Virus record (IMG/VR): IMGVR_UViG_3300021255_005861
Location: 121,667-185,666 of that record
Length of the DNA stretch: 64,000 nt
Source of the DNA: a virus
Lineage: Duplodnaviria > Caudoviricetes
Direction: 5' to 3' (one strand)
A program made the position numbers and the translations under genes. Position 1 is the stretch's first letter, and each line of letters starts with the position of its first letter. A model generated the notes under the pieces. The model was not told where the DNA came from. It searched no databases and saw only the letters and a list, made by a program, of their open reading frames with translations. Below are positions 26,508-35,461 of the stretch, piece by piece.

Positions 26508-28589
26508 ATGTCACTCTATAACGAATATCGCCCCAAGACGCTCGACGAGATGGTCGGCAACGAGGCCACGATAAAGGCCATCCGCGAGCACTTTACCCAG
26601 TCCGACCCCAAGCGCATATCCCACTGCCACCTGCTCTCCGGCCCCGCCGGGTGCGGCAAGGCACAGCCCCTCTACTCGAAGGTTCTTACCCCGTCCGGGT
26701 GGAAAGCCATGGGCGACATCAAGGCTGGCGACACCGTGCTCTCCGGCGAGGGTACCCCTACCGAGGTTCTCTCCGTGTTCCCGCAAGGCAAGCGCCCCGT
26801 CTACGCCATCGGGCTGGACGACGGCACCGAGTTCGAGGTGGCGGACAACCACTTGAACGTGGTCAAGTACCGAGCCCGCGGCAAGTACCACGGAGAGGTG
26901 TGCTACGCCGACTGCACCGACGTCGTGACTACGCTAGACCTCATCGACATGGTAAATGCCGCCAACCGCTCCCGCAACAAGTACAGGAACGGAATACGCA
27001 TCCCGAACGTGTACGTGGAAGGCCCCGAGTCCTCGGACCTCCCGATAGACCCGTACCTTCTCGGCGTGCTCATCGGCGACGGCTGCCTCAATTCCGCCTT
27101 CAACGTGAGCCTCCCCGAGGCCGACGTACGTACCCGCGTGGAGTCCCTCCTCAAGGACGAGGGGTTCGTCTTGCACAAGAGCAACCCGAACGACCCCGAG
27201 GACTACGACTACCGCATCGTGCGCGACACGGAACGCTACGAGCGCGTGCAGGACTTGAAGGACGACCCCGACAGCCTGCGCAACCGCATCCGAGATTTGG
27301 AACTGGACGTCAAGTCCGTGGACAAGCACATCCCCGAGGAGTACTTGCTCGCCTCCTACAAGGACAGGCTGGAACTGCTCCGGGGGCTCTTCGACACCGA
27401 CGGCAGCGTAGCCGTGGGGATGTCCAAGGGCAGGTACGAAACTATATCCTACGAGTTCTCCACGAGCAGCAAGCGGCTCTCCCGCGACTTTGGCAGCCTC
27501 GTCCGCAGCCTCGGCATTACGGACACGGTCAAGTCCCGCGTCCCGTACTATAAGGACGCCACCGGCAACAGGGTGGAGTGCCACATCAACTACCGCCACC
27601 ACTTGAAGGTGCCCAACGGACTGCTCATCGCACACTCCGACAAGCACCTCGCCCGCATCAAGGACAGGGAGTGCGGGGAGAATCTCACCCGCCGTATCCG
27701 CTATGTCCGGTACGTGGGGGAGGTGGAGTGCCAGTGCATCTACGTGAAGGCGGAGTGCCACACGTACATCACGGACAACTACACGCTGACGCACAACACC
27801 ACGGTAGCAAGGGCGATCGCTACCGAACTGTTGGGTTGTGACCCCCAGTTCAACATTACAGAGATTAACACCGCCGACAACCGCGGTATCGACACCGTGC
27901 GTGAACTTATGGAGCAGATGCGCATGATGCCGCTTAACGGGAAGCCCTGGGCGATTGTCGCAGATGAGGCCCATGGGATGACTGCAGACGCAAAAAGAGC
28001 CTTCCTCAAGCCCGCCGAGGAGTGTCCCGACCACGTGTTCTTCTTCTTCTGCACCACGAACCTCCAGCAGTTCCTGAAGGGGGACGAGGGCAAGGCGCTC
28101 GGTACACGCTGTACCCAGTGGAAACTCGAACCGCTCGCCCCGAGACAGCTCGGCAGGCTCGTGGACGACGTGGCGGCCAAGGAGAAGTTCGACCTTGACG
28201 CGGACGTGCTCTCGGCCATCGTGGACGCAGCGGACGGATCGCCCCGTGCCGCACTCGTGGCACTCGAGAAGGTCATGTCCGCGGACGGCAAGGAGAAGCA
28301 GCTCAAGCTGCTCGAGGGGTTCACCAATGACGACCCCGACACGCTTGCGCTCTGCCGCGCCCTGTGCAACCTCCGCCCGTCGTGGGGGGAGGTGTCCAAG
28401 ATACTGAAGGGCATGAAGGGCAAGGTGGACTCGGAAACGGTTCGCAGGGCCGTCCTCGGGTACTGCACGAGCACCCTCCTCAATAAGGGAGACAAGGACG
28501 TAGCCCGCGTGCTTGAGGAGTTCAGCGTGGACACCTACGCCACCGGCTTCCCCGGCCTCGTGCTCGCCGCATACCGGGCACTGCAGTAG
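26508..28589 (+). CDS. Clamp loader (DnaX gamma/tau-like AAA+), intein-containing
   Basis: LYNEYRPKTLDEMVGN, GPAGCGK|TT, DEAH, TRC. Confidence 0.9.
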   Translation: MSLYNEYRPKTLDEMVGNEATIKAIREHFTQSDPKRISHCHLLSGPAGCGKAQPLYSKVLTPSGWKAMGDIKAGDTVLSGEGTPTEVLSVFPQGKRPVYAIGLDDGTEFEVADNHLNVVKYRARGKYHGEVCYADCTDVVTTLDLIDMVNAANRSRNKYRNGIRIPNVYVEGPESSDLPIDPYLLGVLIGDGCLNSAFNVSLPEADVRTRVESLLKDEGFVLHKSNPNDPEDYDYRIVRDTERYERVQDLKDDPDSLRNRIRDLELDVKSVDKHIPEEYLLASYKDRLELLRGLFDTDGSVAVGMSKGRYETISYEFSTSSKRLSRDFGSLVRSLGITDTVKSRVPYYKDATGNRVECHINYRHHLKVPNGLLIAHSDKHLARIKDRECGENLTRRIRYVRYVGEVECQCIYVKAECHTYITDNYTLTHNTTVARAIATELLGCDPQFNITEINTADNRGIDTVRELMEQMRMMPLNGKPWAIVADEAHGMTADAKRAFLKPAEECPDHVFFFFCTTNLQQFLKGDEGKALGTRCTQWKLEPLAPRQLGRLVDDVAAKEKFDLDADVLSAIVDAADGSPRAALVALEKVMSADGKEKQLKLLEGFTNDDPDTLALCRALCNLRPSWGEVSKILKGMKGKVDSETVRRAVLGYCTSTLLNKGDKDVARVLEEFSVDTYATGFPGLVLAAYRALQ
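26661..27797 (+). mobile_element. Intein (379 aa, Ala1) with LAGLIDADG homing endonuclease
   Basis: AQPL start, LLGVLIGDG and LRGLFDTDG, CQCIYV, THN followed by Thr. Confidence 0.9.
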
Positions 28590-28645
28590 CCCCCGTGCTA
28601 TATTGGTAGACGACAATGCCTACCTTTTTTCTAGGAGAATCTTTA

Positions 28646-29185
28646 ATGGTATTCACCGACAGCCCGCTCGTATCCATCAAGATAGAGAGCCCGAACAAGA
28701 CCGAGAGGCGAAACCACGCCATCGACACGATAACGATTCATTGCACCACGGGGCAGGTCACCGCCGAGGCGCTGGGCAACCTGTTCGCCAAGGCATCCAA
28801 GAAGGCCTCATCCAACTACGGTATCGGGAGCGACGGGAAGATAGGCCTGTACGTCCACGAGAAGGACAGGAGCTGGTGCAGTAGCAATGCCGCCAACGAC
28901 CACAGGGCCGTGACTATCGAGGTGTCCAGCGACGCCAAGTCCCCCTATGCGGTAAGCGACGCAGCCTACGCCTCACTCATCTACCTCGTGGCCGACATCT
29001 GCCGCAGGAACGGGATAGCGAGGCTTCGCTGGTTCCACGACAAGAGCCTTGTGGGCAAGACGAAGGACGGGGCGCTCGTCCAGAACATGACCCTGCACAA
29101 GTGGTTCGCCAACAAGGCCTGCCCCGGCACGTACCTGGAAGAGAGAATGTTCGACATTGCCGCCAAGGTCAACTCCCTTCTTTAG
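28646..29185 (+). CDS. N-acetylmuramoyl-L-alanine amidase (second)
   Basis: ITIHC, ASSNYGIG, TIEV, HKWFANKACPG. Confidence 0.85.
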   Translation: MVFTDSPLVSIKIESPNKTERRNHAIDTITIHCTTGQVTAEALGNLFAKASKKASSNYGIGSDGKIGLYVHEKDRSWCSSNAANDHRAVTIEVSSDAKSPYAVSDAAYASLIYLVADICRRNGIARLRWFHDKSLVGKTKDGALVQNMTLHKWFANKACPGTYLEERMFDIAAKVNSLL

Positions 29186-29188
29186 CCT

Positions 29189-29956
29189 ATGGAACTGAAC
29201 CGCATATACAATATGGATTGTTTAGAGGGGATGAAAGAACTCCCCGACAAGAGCGTGGATATGGTGTTGTGCGATTTGCCGTATGGCACCACGTCTAACA
29301 AGTGGGATGTGATTATTCCGTTTGAGGATTTGTGGTCTGCGTATGACCGGGTATGCAAAGATAACGCAGCGATTGTTATGACGGCGAGTCAACCCTTTAC
29401 GTCTATGCTCATTATGAGTAATCTCAAAATGTTCCGACACGAATGGATTTGGTTGAAAAATCAAGGTAGCAACTTTGCCAATACTATCCGGGAGCCGTTT
29501 AAGGAACACGAGGAAATTCTAGTTTTCAGTAAAGGCAAATGGACGTATAACCCGCAAATGCAGGAACGTGCTGAAAGTGGAAAAGGGCGTGTGCAGTATA
29601 ACGTGAAGTTCACTAGCAAGTCGTCCAATTACAGAGATTTTAAGGATAGGGATATAAACAAGAAATCGGATTTGCGGGTTCCCTCGTCGTGGCAACGATT
29701 TAACCGGGAAACGGGGCTGCACCCTACGCAAAAGCCTGTTGACCTATTCCGCTATCTTATTCGCACCTACTCTAATCCAGGTGATACCATCTTGGATAAT
29801 TGTATGGGATCCGGTACTACCGCTGTCGCAGCCGTTTTAGAGCAGCGGAAGTTTATTGGATTTGAAACAGATAAGACCTATTTTGATAAGGCTAATGCGA
29901 GACTTCGGGAACTCACGGGGCCGTTCAAGTTGTTCGGGGACATTGGAAATGCTTGA
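29189..29956 (+). CDS. Beta-class N4/N6 DNA methyltransferase (paralog 2)
   Basis: DLPY, HPTQKP, LDNCMGSGTT. Confidence 0.9.
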   Translation: MELNRIYNMDCLEGMKELPDKSVDMVLCDLPYGTTSNKWDVIIPFEDLWSAYDRVCKDNAAIVMTASQPFTSMLIMSNLKMFRHEWIWLKNQGSNFANTIREPFKEHEEILVFSKGKWTYNPQMQERAESGKGRVQYNVKFTSKSSNYRDFKDRDINKKSDLRVPSSWQRFNRETGLHPTQKPVDLFRYLIRTYSNPGDTILDNCMGSGTTAVAAVLEQRKFIGFETDKTYFDKANARLRELTGPFKLFGDIGNA

Positions 29957-30713
29957 TTTTAACGTAATTTACAACGAGGACGGGCTTGCCGGGATGGGGC
30001 GCATTCCCACCGGCAGTATCGACTGCGTCATCTGCAACCTGCCTTACGGCGGCATAAACTCGGGCAATGCCCTCTCCTTCTGGAACCGCCAAATCCCCCT
30101 AGCACCACTCTGGACGCACTACGAGCGCGTCGTAAAGCCCAACGGGGCCATCATCCTCTTCGGGAGTGGGATGTTCACGTCCGACCTCATGCAGAGCAAC
30201 CGCAAGATGTGGCGGTACAACCTCGTATGGAACAAGGGGCGCACCAGCGGCTTCCTCAACGCCAACCGTATGCCCCTCCGCCAGCACGAGGACATCTTGG
30301 TATTCTACAAGCACCTGCCGGTCTACCACCCGCAGTTCACGCAGGGGCAGCCCAACCACCCACAAGGGGACGGGCCGCACAAGGACACGAACCGCGTCTA
30401 CGGGAAGCTCAAGGCGAGGCCGAAGAGGGAAAAGACCTCCGACAAGTACCCGACATCCATCATATCCGTTCCTGCGGAGCGTGATTCCGACCTCTCAGCC
30501 ATGCAGAAGCCGGTAGACCTGATACGCTATCTCGTGCGGACGTACACGGACGAGGGCGACGTGGTGCTGGACAACTGCATCGGATGCGGGGCTACCGCCA
30601 TCGCGTGTCTGCTGGAGAACCGCAAGTTCATAGGCTTCGAGGCGAACCCGGAGAACTACAAAAAGGCGCAAAGGCGTGTGGACGAGTTCGTGGGGCCGTT
30701 CAGGATGTTCTAG
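29949..30713 (+). CDS. Beta-class DNA methyltransferase (paralog 3, divergent motifs)
   Basis: NLPY, AMQKP, LDNCIGCGAT. Confidence 0.8.
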   Translation: MLDFNVIYNEDGLAGMGRIPTGSIDCVICNLPYGGINSGNALSFWNRQIPLAPLWTHYERVVKPNGAIILFGSGMFTSDLMQSNRKMWRYNLVWNKGRTSGFLNANRMPLRQHEDILVFYKHLPVYHPQFTQGQPNHPQGDGPHKDTNRVYGKLKARPKREKTSDKYPTSIISVPAERDSDLSAMQKPVDLIRYLVRTYTDEGDVVLDNCIGCGATAIACLLENRKFIGFEANPENYKKAQRRVDEFVGPFRMF

Positions 30714-30716
30714 GCA

Positions 30717-30737
30717 TTTTGCCCCGTTGCTATATTG
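30717..30737 (+). promoter_or_regulatory. Promoter-like motif upstream of the tRNA
   Basis: TTTTGCCCCGTTGCTATATTG. Confidence 0.7.
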
Positions 30738-30744
30738 ACACAAC

Positions 30745-30817
30745 GGCCCCTTCGTATAGTTGGTCAGTACACCAGACCCTCAATTTGGAAAGAGCGGTTC
30801 AAGTCCGCTAGGGGCTA
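30745..30817 (+). tRNA. tRNA-Glu(CTC)
   Basis: Cloverleaf: GGCCCCT/AGGGGCT acceptor, CCAGA-CCCTCAA-TTTGG anticodon arm, GGTTCAAGTCC T-arm; no encoded CCA. Confidence 0.8.
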
Positions 30818-30822
30818 TTACT

Positions 30823-30913
30823 AATAGGAGCACTACCTTGGGCGTGACTCATAACCACGGCTGTAAATCCAGGGCGGTACAGAGAGGTTCGACTCCTCGT
30901 GCTCCTATTACCA
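30823..30913 (+). ncRNA. tRNA-like RNA lacking a canonical D-arm
   Basis: AATAGGAGCAC/GTGCTCCTATT stem, GAGG-TTCGACT-CCTC T-arm, terminal ACCA, internal CGTG-ACTCATAAC-CACG hairpin. Confidence 0.55.
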
Positions 30914-30935
30914 CTTTTTTTGAAGGACTCCTCCC

Positions 30936-31409
30936 ATGGAAAACAACTACCGCGATCCCGACCTCGAGATAGACTACCACGACCTGCAGACGGCGGTCGC
31001 CCGCCAGTCCTCCCTCTTCGGCTACTACAGCGAATTGGCAGTGGAGGCACGCGCCGCCCGCGACGAGGCCGTGAACAACCTGGATGCGGAAACGGCACGG
31101 ACGGAACTTGATATCCGCAGGAACGCCGCGGCCAACGGGGAGAAACTTACCGAGGCCAAGGTGTCCGCCCTCATCGACGCCGACCCGCACCTGGCCGAAC
31201 TGAAGGCCGAGGTCGTGGTCAAGAACAAGGAGATGATGCTCCGCGAGGGAAAGGTGCGTGCACTGGAGCACAAGCGGTGCATGATAGACAACGCCGTGAG
31301 GATGATGCTGTCCCGCTCTAACGGGATGAGCCTCGACGGGGTTACCGAGACCTGGTCGGAGGAGGAAGGGCGCAACGAGATCCGGCGCGGGCTGATGCAC
31401 CGGGGCTAG
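30936..31409 (+). CDS. Coiled-coil protein, possibly UvsY-like recombination mediator
   Basis: Helical 157 aa protein upstream of SSB and RecA. Confidence 0.45.
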   Translation: MENNYRDPDLEIDYHDLQTAVARQSSLFGYYSELAVEARAARDEAVNNLDAETARTELDIRRNAAANGEKLTEAKVSALIDADPHLAELKAEVVVKNKEMMLREGKVRALEHKRCMIDNAVRMMLSRSNGMSLDGVTETWSEEEGRNEIRRGLMHRG

Positions 31410-31500
31410 GGAAAGTTCTCTGTGGGGTGGGGTTCGGCGGATGGAGTGTTTTCGCCGAACCCCGTTTCCGTCTAAAGTGCCAAAATCTGTCATTTTCAGC

Positions 31501-31522
31501 ATTTTGCCCACTTGCTATATTG
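31501..31522 (+). promoter_or_regulatory. Promoter-like motif TTTTGCC-N5-GCTATA
   Basis: ATTTTGCCCACTTGCTATATTG. Confidence 0.7.
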
Positions 31523-31607
31523 TATTTGGCTTCGGGGGCGATACCATCCCCAAGCGACGTGATAAACCGAAAAACCGATAAAACGAATAAAACAAGGAAA
31601 GAACACT

Positions 31608-32735
31608 ATGGCAGGATTTGACCGCAGCAAGTTCAACCTGGGCAGGCGCACCCAGCAGCAGACCGACACTATGGACGAGAAGGGGGGAGGTGGTTCCAAC
31701 CGCCCGCGCTTCATGGACTACAGCACCACGAAGCTCAAGTTCTTCAAGCTGGGCAAGGTCGGCGACTACCACGACATCAACATTCTTCCGTGGACCATCG
31801 CCACGAAGAACCACCCGGACGTCATCCGCACTAAGGACCTCCCCGAGTTCCTCAAGGACGGCACGCGCAACCCGGACAAGGTGTGCGTGGGAGACCCGGA
31901 CTACGTGCTCGACGTGAAGGTGCATACCCGCATCGGACCCGACGAGGGCGACTACCTGTGCCTCAAGGAGAATTTCGGCAAGCCCTGCCCCATCTGCGAC
32001 CTCGTCAAGGAACTCTACGACAAGGGCGACAAGGATTCCAAGGCGCAGGCCGGCGCCCTCCGCGCCAAGCGCAAGTGCGTCTATCTCGTCCAGGAACTGG
32101 ACAGCAAGATGCGCCCCGTGAGCGAGGGGCCCGAGATCTTCGAGGTGTCGCACTTCAACTTCAGCAAGGAACTGCAGAGCCGTGCCACCACATGCATGCG
32201 TGGCGAGGGCGTGGTCAACTTCGCCAACCTCGACGACGAGGGACGTATCGTGTCCTTCGTGGTGGGCGAGGGTACGCTGGAGGGGGGCAAGACCTACAAG
32301 AAGGCCTCCGACCTCTCCTTCAACGTCCGCAAGGAGGAAATCTCGGACGAGATCCTCGAGAAGTGCCCGAGCCTGGATGCCCTTATGGTCATCCCGACCG
32401 CGGACAAGCTCCGCGCCGCCCTTAACGGCGACCCGGACGACGACGTCATCGAGCAAGGTGCGAACGTGGTCGACGAGACCCCGCGCCAGTCCCCGTCGCG
32501 CCGTAACCCGGAAGAGTCCCGCCGCAGGGAGGAACCCGAGGAAGAACCCGCCCAGCGCCGTGCCGAGCCCGAACCCGAGGCCGAAGCCCCGGTGACCCGC
32601 AGGCGTGCCCCCGAGCCCGAGTCCGAGGACCAGTGCCCGAACGGATACGTGTGGGGCGAGGACAACGACACGAAGCCCCTCTGCTTCCGCTGCCCCGACG
32701 CCATCTTCGGCAAGTGCCAGCGTGCCAAGCACTAG
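31608..32735 (+). CDS. Single-stranded DNA-binding protein (gp32-like)
   Basis: H...YLC...GKPCPIC zinc site, acidic linker, located before RecA. Confidence 0.7.
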   Translation: MAGFDRSKFNLGRRTQQQTDTMDEKGGGGSNRPRFMDYSTTKLKFFKLGKVGDYHDINILPWTIATKNHPDVIRTKDLPEFLKDGTRNPDKVCVGDPDYVLDVKVHTRIGPDEGDYLCLKENFGKPCPICDLVKELYDKGDKDSKAQAGALRAKRKCVYLVQELDSKMRPVSEGPEIFEVSHFNFSKELQSRATTCMRGEGVVNFANLDDEGRIVSFVVGEGTLEGGKTYKKASDLSFNVRKEEISDEILEKCPSLDALMVIPTADKLRAALNGDPDDDVIEQGANVVDETPRQSPSRRNPEESRRREEPEEEPAQRRAEPEPEAEAPVTRRRAPEPESEDQCPNGYVWGEDNDTKPLCFRCPDAIFGKCQRAKH

Positions 32736-32752
32736 ACGAACCTAACCCCGTG

Positions 32753-32781
32753 GGGGCGGGAAGTTCCCGTCCCCTTTTTTT
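32753..32781 (+). terminator. Rho-independent terminator
   Basis: GGGGCGGGAA/TTCCCGTCCC stem plus T-run. Confidence 0.65.
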
Positions 32782-32793
32782 GGAGATTTTATT

Positions 32794-34038
32794 ATGGCTA
32801 AGAAGATTGAAGAAACGCCCCGCATGAAGATGGGGTGCGACCTGCTTGATATCCTCGTAGGCGGCGACAAAGGAGTCTACGGCCTCCCGTTCGGCAGCAT
32901 CTTGAACCTATACGGAGACAGCGCTTCAGGGAAGAGCCTCCTAAAGAACGAGATAATCGCCGCTAACTACTGGGCGCTCGGCGGGGAGAAGGGCGATCTG
33001 GTTTGGGAGTCCGACGACTGCGAGTCCGGCGACACGTTCGACACCACCCGCCTCTACGGATTCGACATCCACCCGGCGGAGCGCCGGATCGGAACGAAGC
33101 GCGTGGAGGACTCGGGTACCGTGGAGGAACTGGACGCCAAGGTGTCCCTGATGATTGAGGCCATGCCCGAGGGGAAGTTCGGCATCTACGCCGTGGACTC
33201 TATCGACGGCCTCTCCGACGCCACCCGCGAGGCGATGGAGACCGGGCGCATGAACCAGCTCAAGGCGGGCAAGGACGTGCAGGATCCGGGGGATTACGGA
33301 GCGCAGATTGCCAAGTTCCTCTCCCAGCAGTTCTTCCGCACGAAGCACAAGAAGCTGGAGGACGCCCAGATATCCCTCATCATCGTGTCCCAGGTACGCG
33401 AGAACATGGGTGCGGGAATGTATGCTCCCAAGACCAAGACCGGCAACGGCAAGGCCCTGGAGTTCTACTGCCACACCCGCATCCAGCTCAAGACCGTGGC
33501 GAAGATAATGAAGAACGACCGCTGGGTGGGCTCGTACGTCAAGGCAACCACCATCAAGTCCAAGACCCCGAGGCCGTTCCGCGACGTGTTCTACACCGTC
33601 TACTTCGACTACGGCATCGACAACGTGGGCAGCAACCTGGACTATTTGTTCGACCTGCGCAACTCCAAGGGCGAGCTCATCAAGTCCTCCTGCGAGCACA
33701 TCGCGTGGAGCGCGGATGCCAAGTCCAAGGACCTGACCACGCTCAAGGAGTGGCTGGAGCAGAACGGGTGGACGGGCGACTGCAAGGCGGACAGGAAGGC
33801 CGAGGAGGGCTCCAACGCCCTCTCCGTGGACTGGATCCTCCGCTGGGCATCCTCCGACCCGGACCGCAAGTCCTCCTTCGAGGGCTACTTCGGGCAGGAG
33901 TACACCCGCGAGGAACTCGTCCGCATGTGCGACTCGGACAAGGAGATGGCCGCGGAGCTTACCCGTCGCGTCCGCCAGAAGTGGGAGGCGGCGGAAGACG
34001 CCGTGGCAACGGGCAGGCCTTCCAAGTACGGGAACTAG
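32794..34038 (+). CDS. RecA/UvsX-like recombinase
   Basis: YGDSASGKS Walker A, AVDS, SQVRE, GKALEFY. Confidence 0.85.
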   Translation: MAKKIEETPRMKMGCDLLDILVGGDKGVYGLPFGSILNLYGDSASGKSLLKNEIIAANYWALGGEKGDLVWESDDCESGDTFDTTRLYGFDIHPAERRIGTKRVEDSGTVEELDAKVSLMIEAMPEGKFGIYAVDSIDGLSDATREAMETGRMNQLKAGKDVQDPGDYGAQIAKFLSQQFFRTKHKKLEDAQISLIIVSQVRENMGAGMYAPKTKTGNGKALEFYCHTRIQLKTVAKIMKNDRWVGSYVKATTIKSKTPRPFRDVFYTVYFDYGIDNVGSNLDYLFDLRNSKGELIKSSCEHIAWSADAKSKDLTTLKEWLEQNGWTGDCKADRKAEEGSNALSVDWILRWASSDPDRKSSFEGYFGQEYTREELVRMCDSDKEMAAELTRRVRQKWEAAEDAVATGRPSKYGN

Positions 34039-34061
34039 GTACATCCGCTATAACGTAGAAC

Positions 34062-34241
34062 ATGGATATCCTGAATCTCTGGAAGAAACTCAACTACGTC
34101 GTCAAGTCGTCCGACCCGCAGGCAACCGCGTGCCGGATGCTGAACGACGGGAGGATAACGGACGAGGAGGCGGCGTGGTGTATATCCGCGCTCGCGTATC
34201 TCCCCGTTGCCATGTACGAGGTGCTGGAGAGGAATAAATAG
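34062..34241 (+). CDS. Small hypothetical protein (59 aa)
   Basis: Manual translation MDILNLWKK...; preceded by GCTATAA, followed by a hairpin. Confidence 0.45.
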   Translation: MDILNLWKKLNYVVKSSDPQATACRMLNDGRITDEEAAWCISALAYLPVAMYEVLERNK

Positions 34242-34410
34242 AATCCTAGAAACGTAACTCCGTGAGCCATAACGATTAACGGCCTTGTCCTCGTGACGGG
34301 GCCGTTTTTCTTACATGGGATAAACAAAAAATAACTTTGTATCCCGCATCCATCCCTCGGAAAATTTATTATATTATTCCTACTACAAGACACTCTAGAA
34401 ACGGATAACG

Positions 34411-35136
34411 ATGCAACCCACAGACGAACTCTACTACAAGTACTCCCGCGTAATTTCCTCGGTAGTCTACCACTACGCATTCAACTTTCCCAACCTCACG
34501 GACGAACTCTACCTCCAGGCCAACTACGTGTTCTGCAAGGCCTGCCTCTCGTACAACCCGGACAACCCCGAGGGGGCGTCCTTTGAGACGTGGCTGCGCA
34601 GGCAACTCCAGTCCATCGTGGGCGTCTGCCGCAAGGCGATGTCCGGGCCCACCACCGACAGGGTCGGTACGGCCCCCGCCCTCCCCGAATCCCAGTTCAT
34701 TCCCGACAAGGACGGGGACATCCCCGACATCTCCAGCGTGGCCACCCGCGACAGCGTGGCAGGGTACGGGGACAGCCTCGCGATGGATACCGAGATGGAC
34801 ACGGGCATGGACCCCTACATCTCCGCCCTCACCCCAGACGCCTACAGGGTGTTCGAGGATTTCCTGGACGGGACGCTCTCCCTCAAGGACACCGACTCAA
34901 AGGACGGGAAGGTCACGTATTCCCGCGCCATGCGCTTCAAGCGCGCCCTCCTCGACCCCAAGAAGATATACAAGCGCCACTACGAGGCGCAGGGATGGAG
35001 CCTCGACAGGGCCACCAGGGCGTTTAATGAACTCAAGGCGATGCTCCGTAACTACAGGAAGGGCAGGCTCCCGAACCGGGTCCTCCGCCCCACCCAGCAG
35101 AGCTTTTTCGAACTTTGTTCCGCCGAATCTACATAA
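34411..35136 (+). CDS. Sigma70-family sigma-factor-like protein
   Basis: Region 2-like DELYLQA...KACLSYNPDN..GASFETW. Confidence 0.65.
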   Translation: MQPTDELYYKYSRVISSVVYHYAFNFPNLTDELYLQANYVFCKACLSYNPDNPEGASFETWLRRQLQSIVGVCRKAMSGPTTDRVGTAPALPESQFIPDKDGDIPDISSVATRDSVAGYGDSLAMDTEMDTGMDPYISALTPDAYRVFEDFLDGTLSLKDTDSKDGKVTYSRAMRFKRALLDPKKIYKRHYEAQGWSLDRATRAFNELKAMLRNYRKGRLPNRVLRPTQQSFFELCSAEST

Positions 35137-35172
35137 TTTATGTATATTTATTGCTAGAGGAGACCCATCTTT

Positions 35173-35454
35173 ATGGAATCTTTTGTAGCAGTAATTACGA
35201 ATTTGTCTAGCGTCATCGGCGTCCCCGCGTCCCTATGCCTTGCGTGGGCGGCCTTCATTATACGTGACCAAGGAAAACGGTTAGCAACTTTGGAGGCAGA
35301 CATGAAGGGAATGGAAGATAAGTTTACCATCGCCTTGAAGGAAATGGATAGTCGCCGAAACGACGAATTATCGAAGTTGTACGACAAAATCAATGGCATC
35401 GCTCAAGACGTATCCTATATCAAGGGTAGGATAGACAAGGAAGACGCGAAGTGA
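35173..35454 (+). CDS. Putative holin / membrane protein
   Basis: N-terminal hydrophobic helix followed by coiled coil. Confidence 0.45.
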   Translation: MESFVAVITNLSSVIGVPASLCLAWAAFIIRDQGKRLATLEADMKGMEDKFTIALKEMDSRRNDELSKLYDKINGIAQDVSYIKGRIDKEDAK

Positions 35455-35461
35455 GAACGCC

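Noticed and set aside
15007-30713. Complete restriction-modification systems
   Set aside because: No restriction endonuclease recognised next to any methyltransferase
30770-30790. Opal suppressor tRNA (TCA in loop) or alternative genetic code
   Set aside because: Stem register places CTC at positions 34-36; long ORFs translate with the standard code and use all three stops
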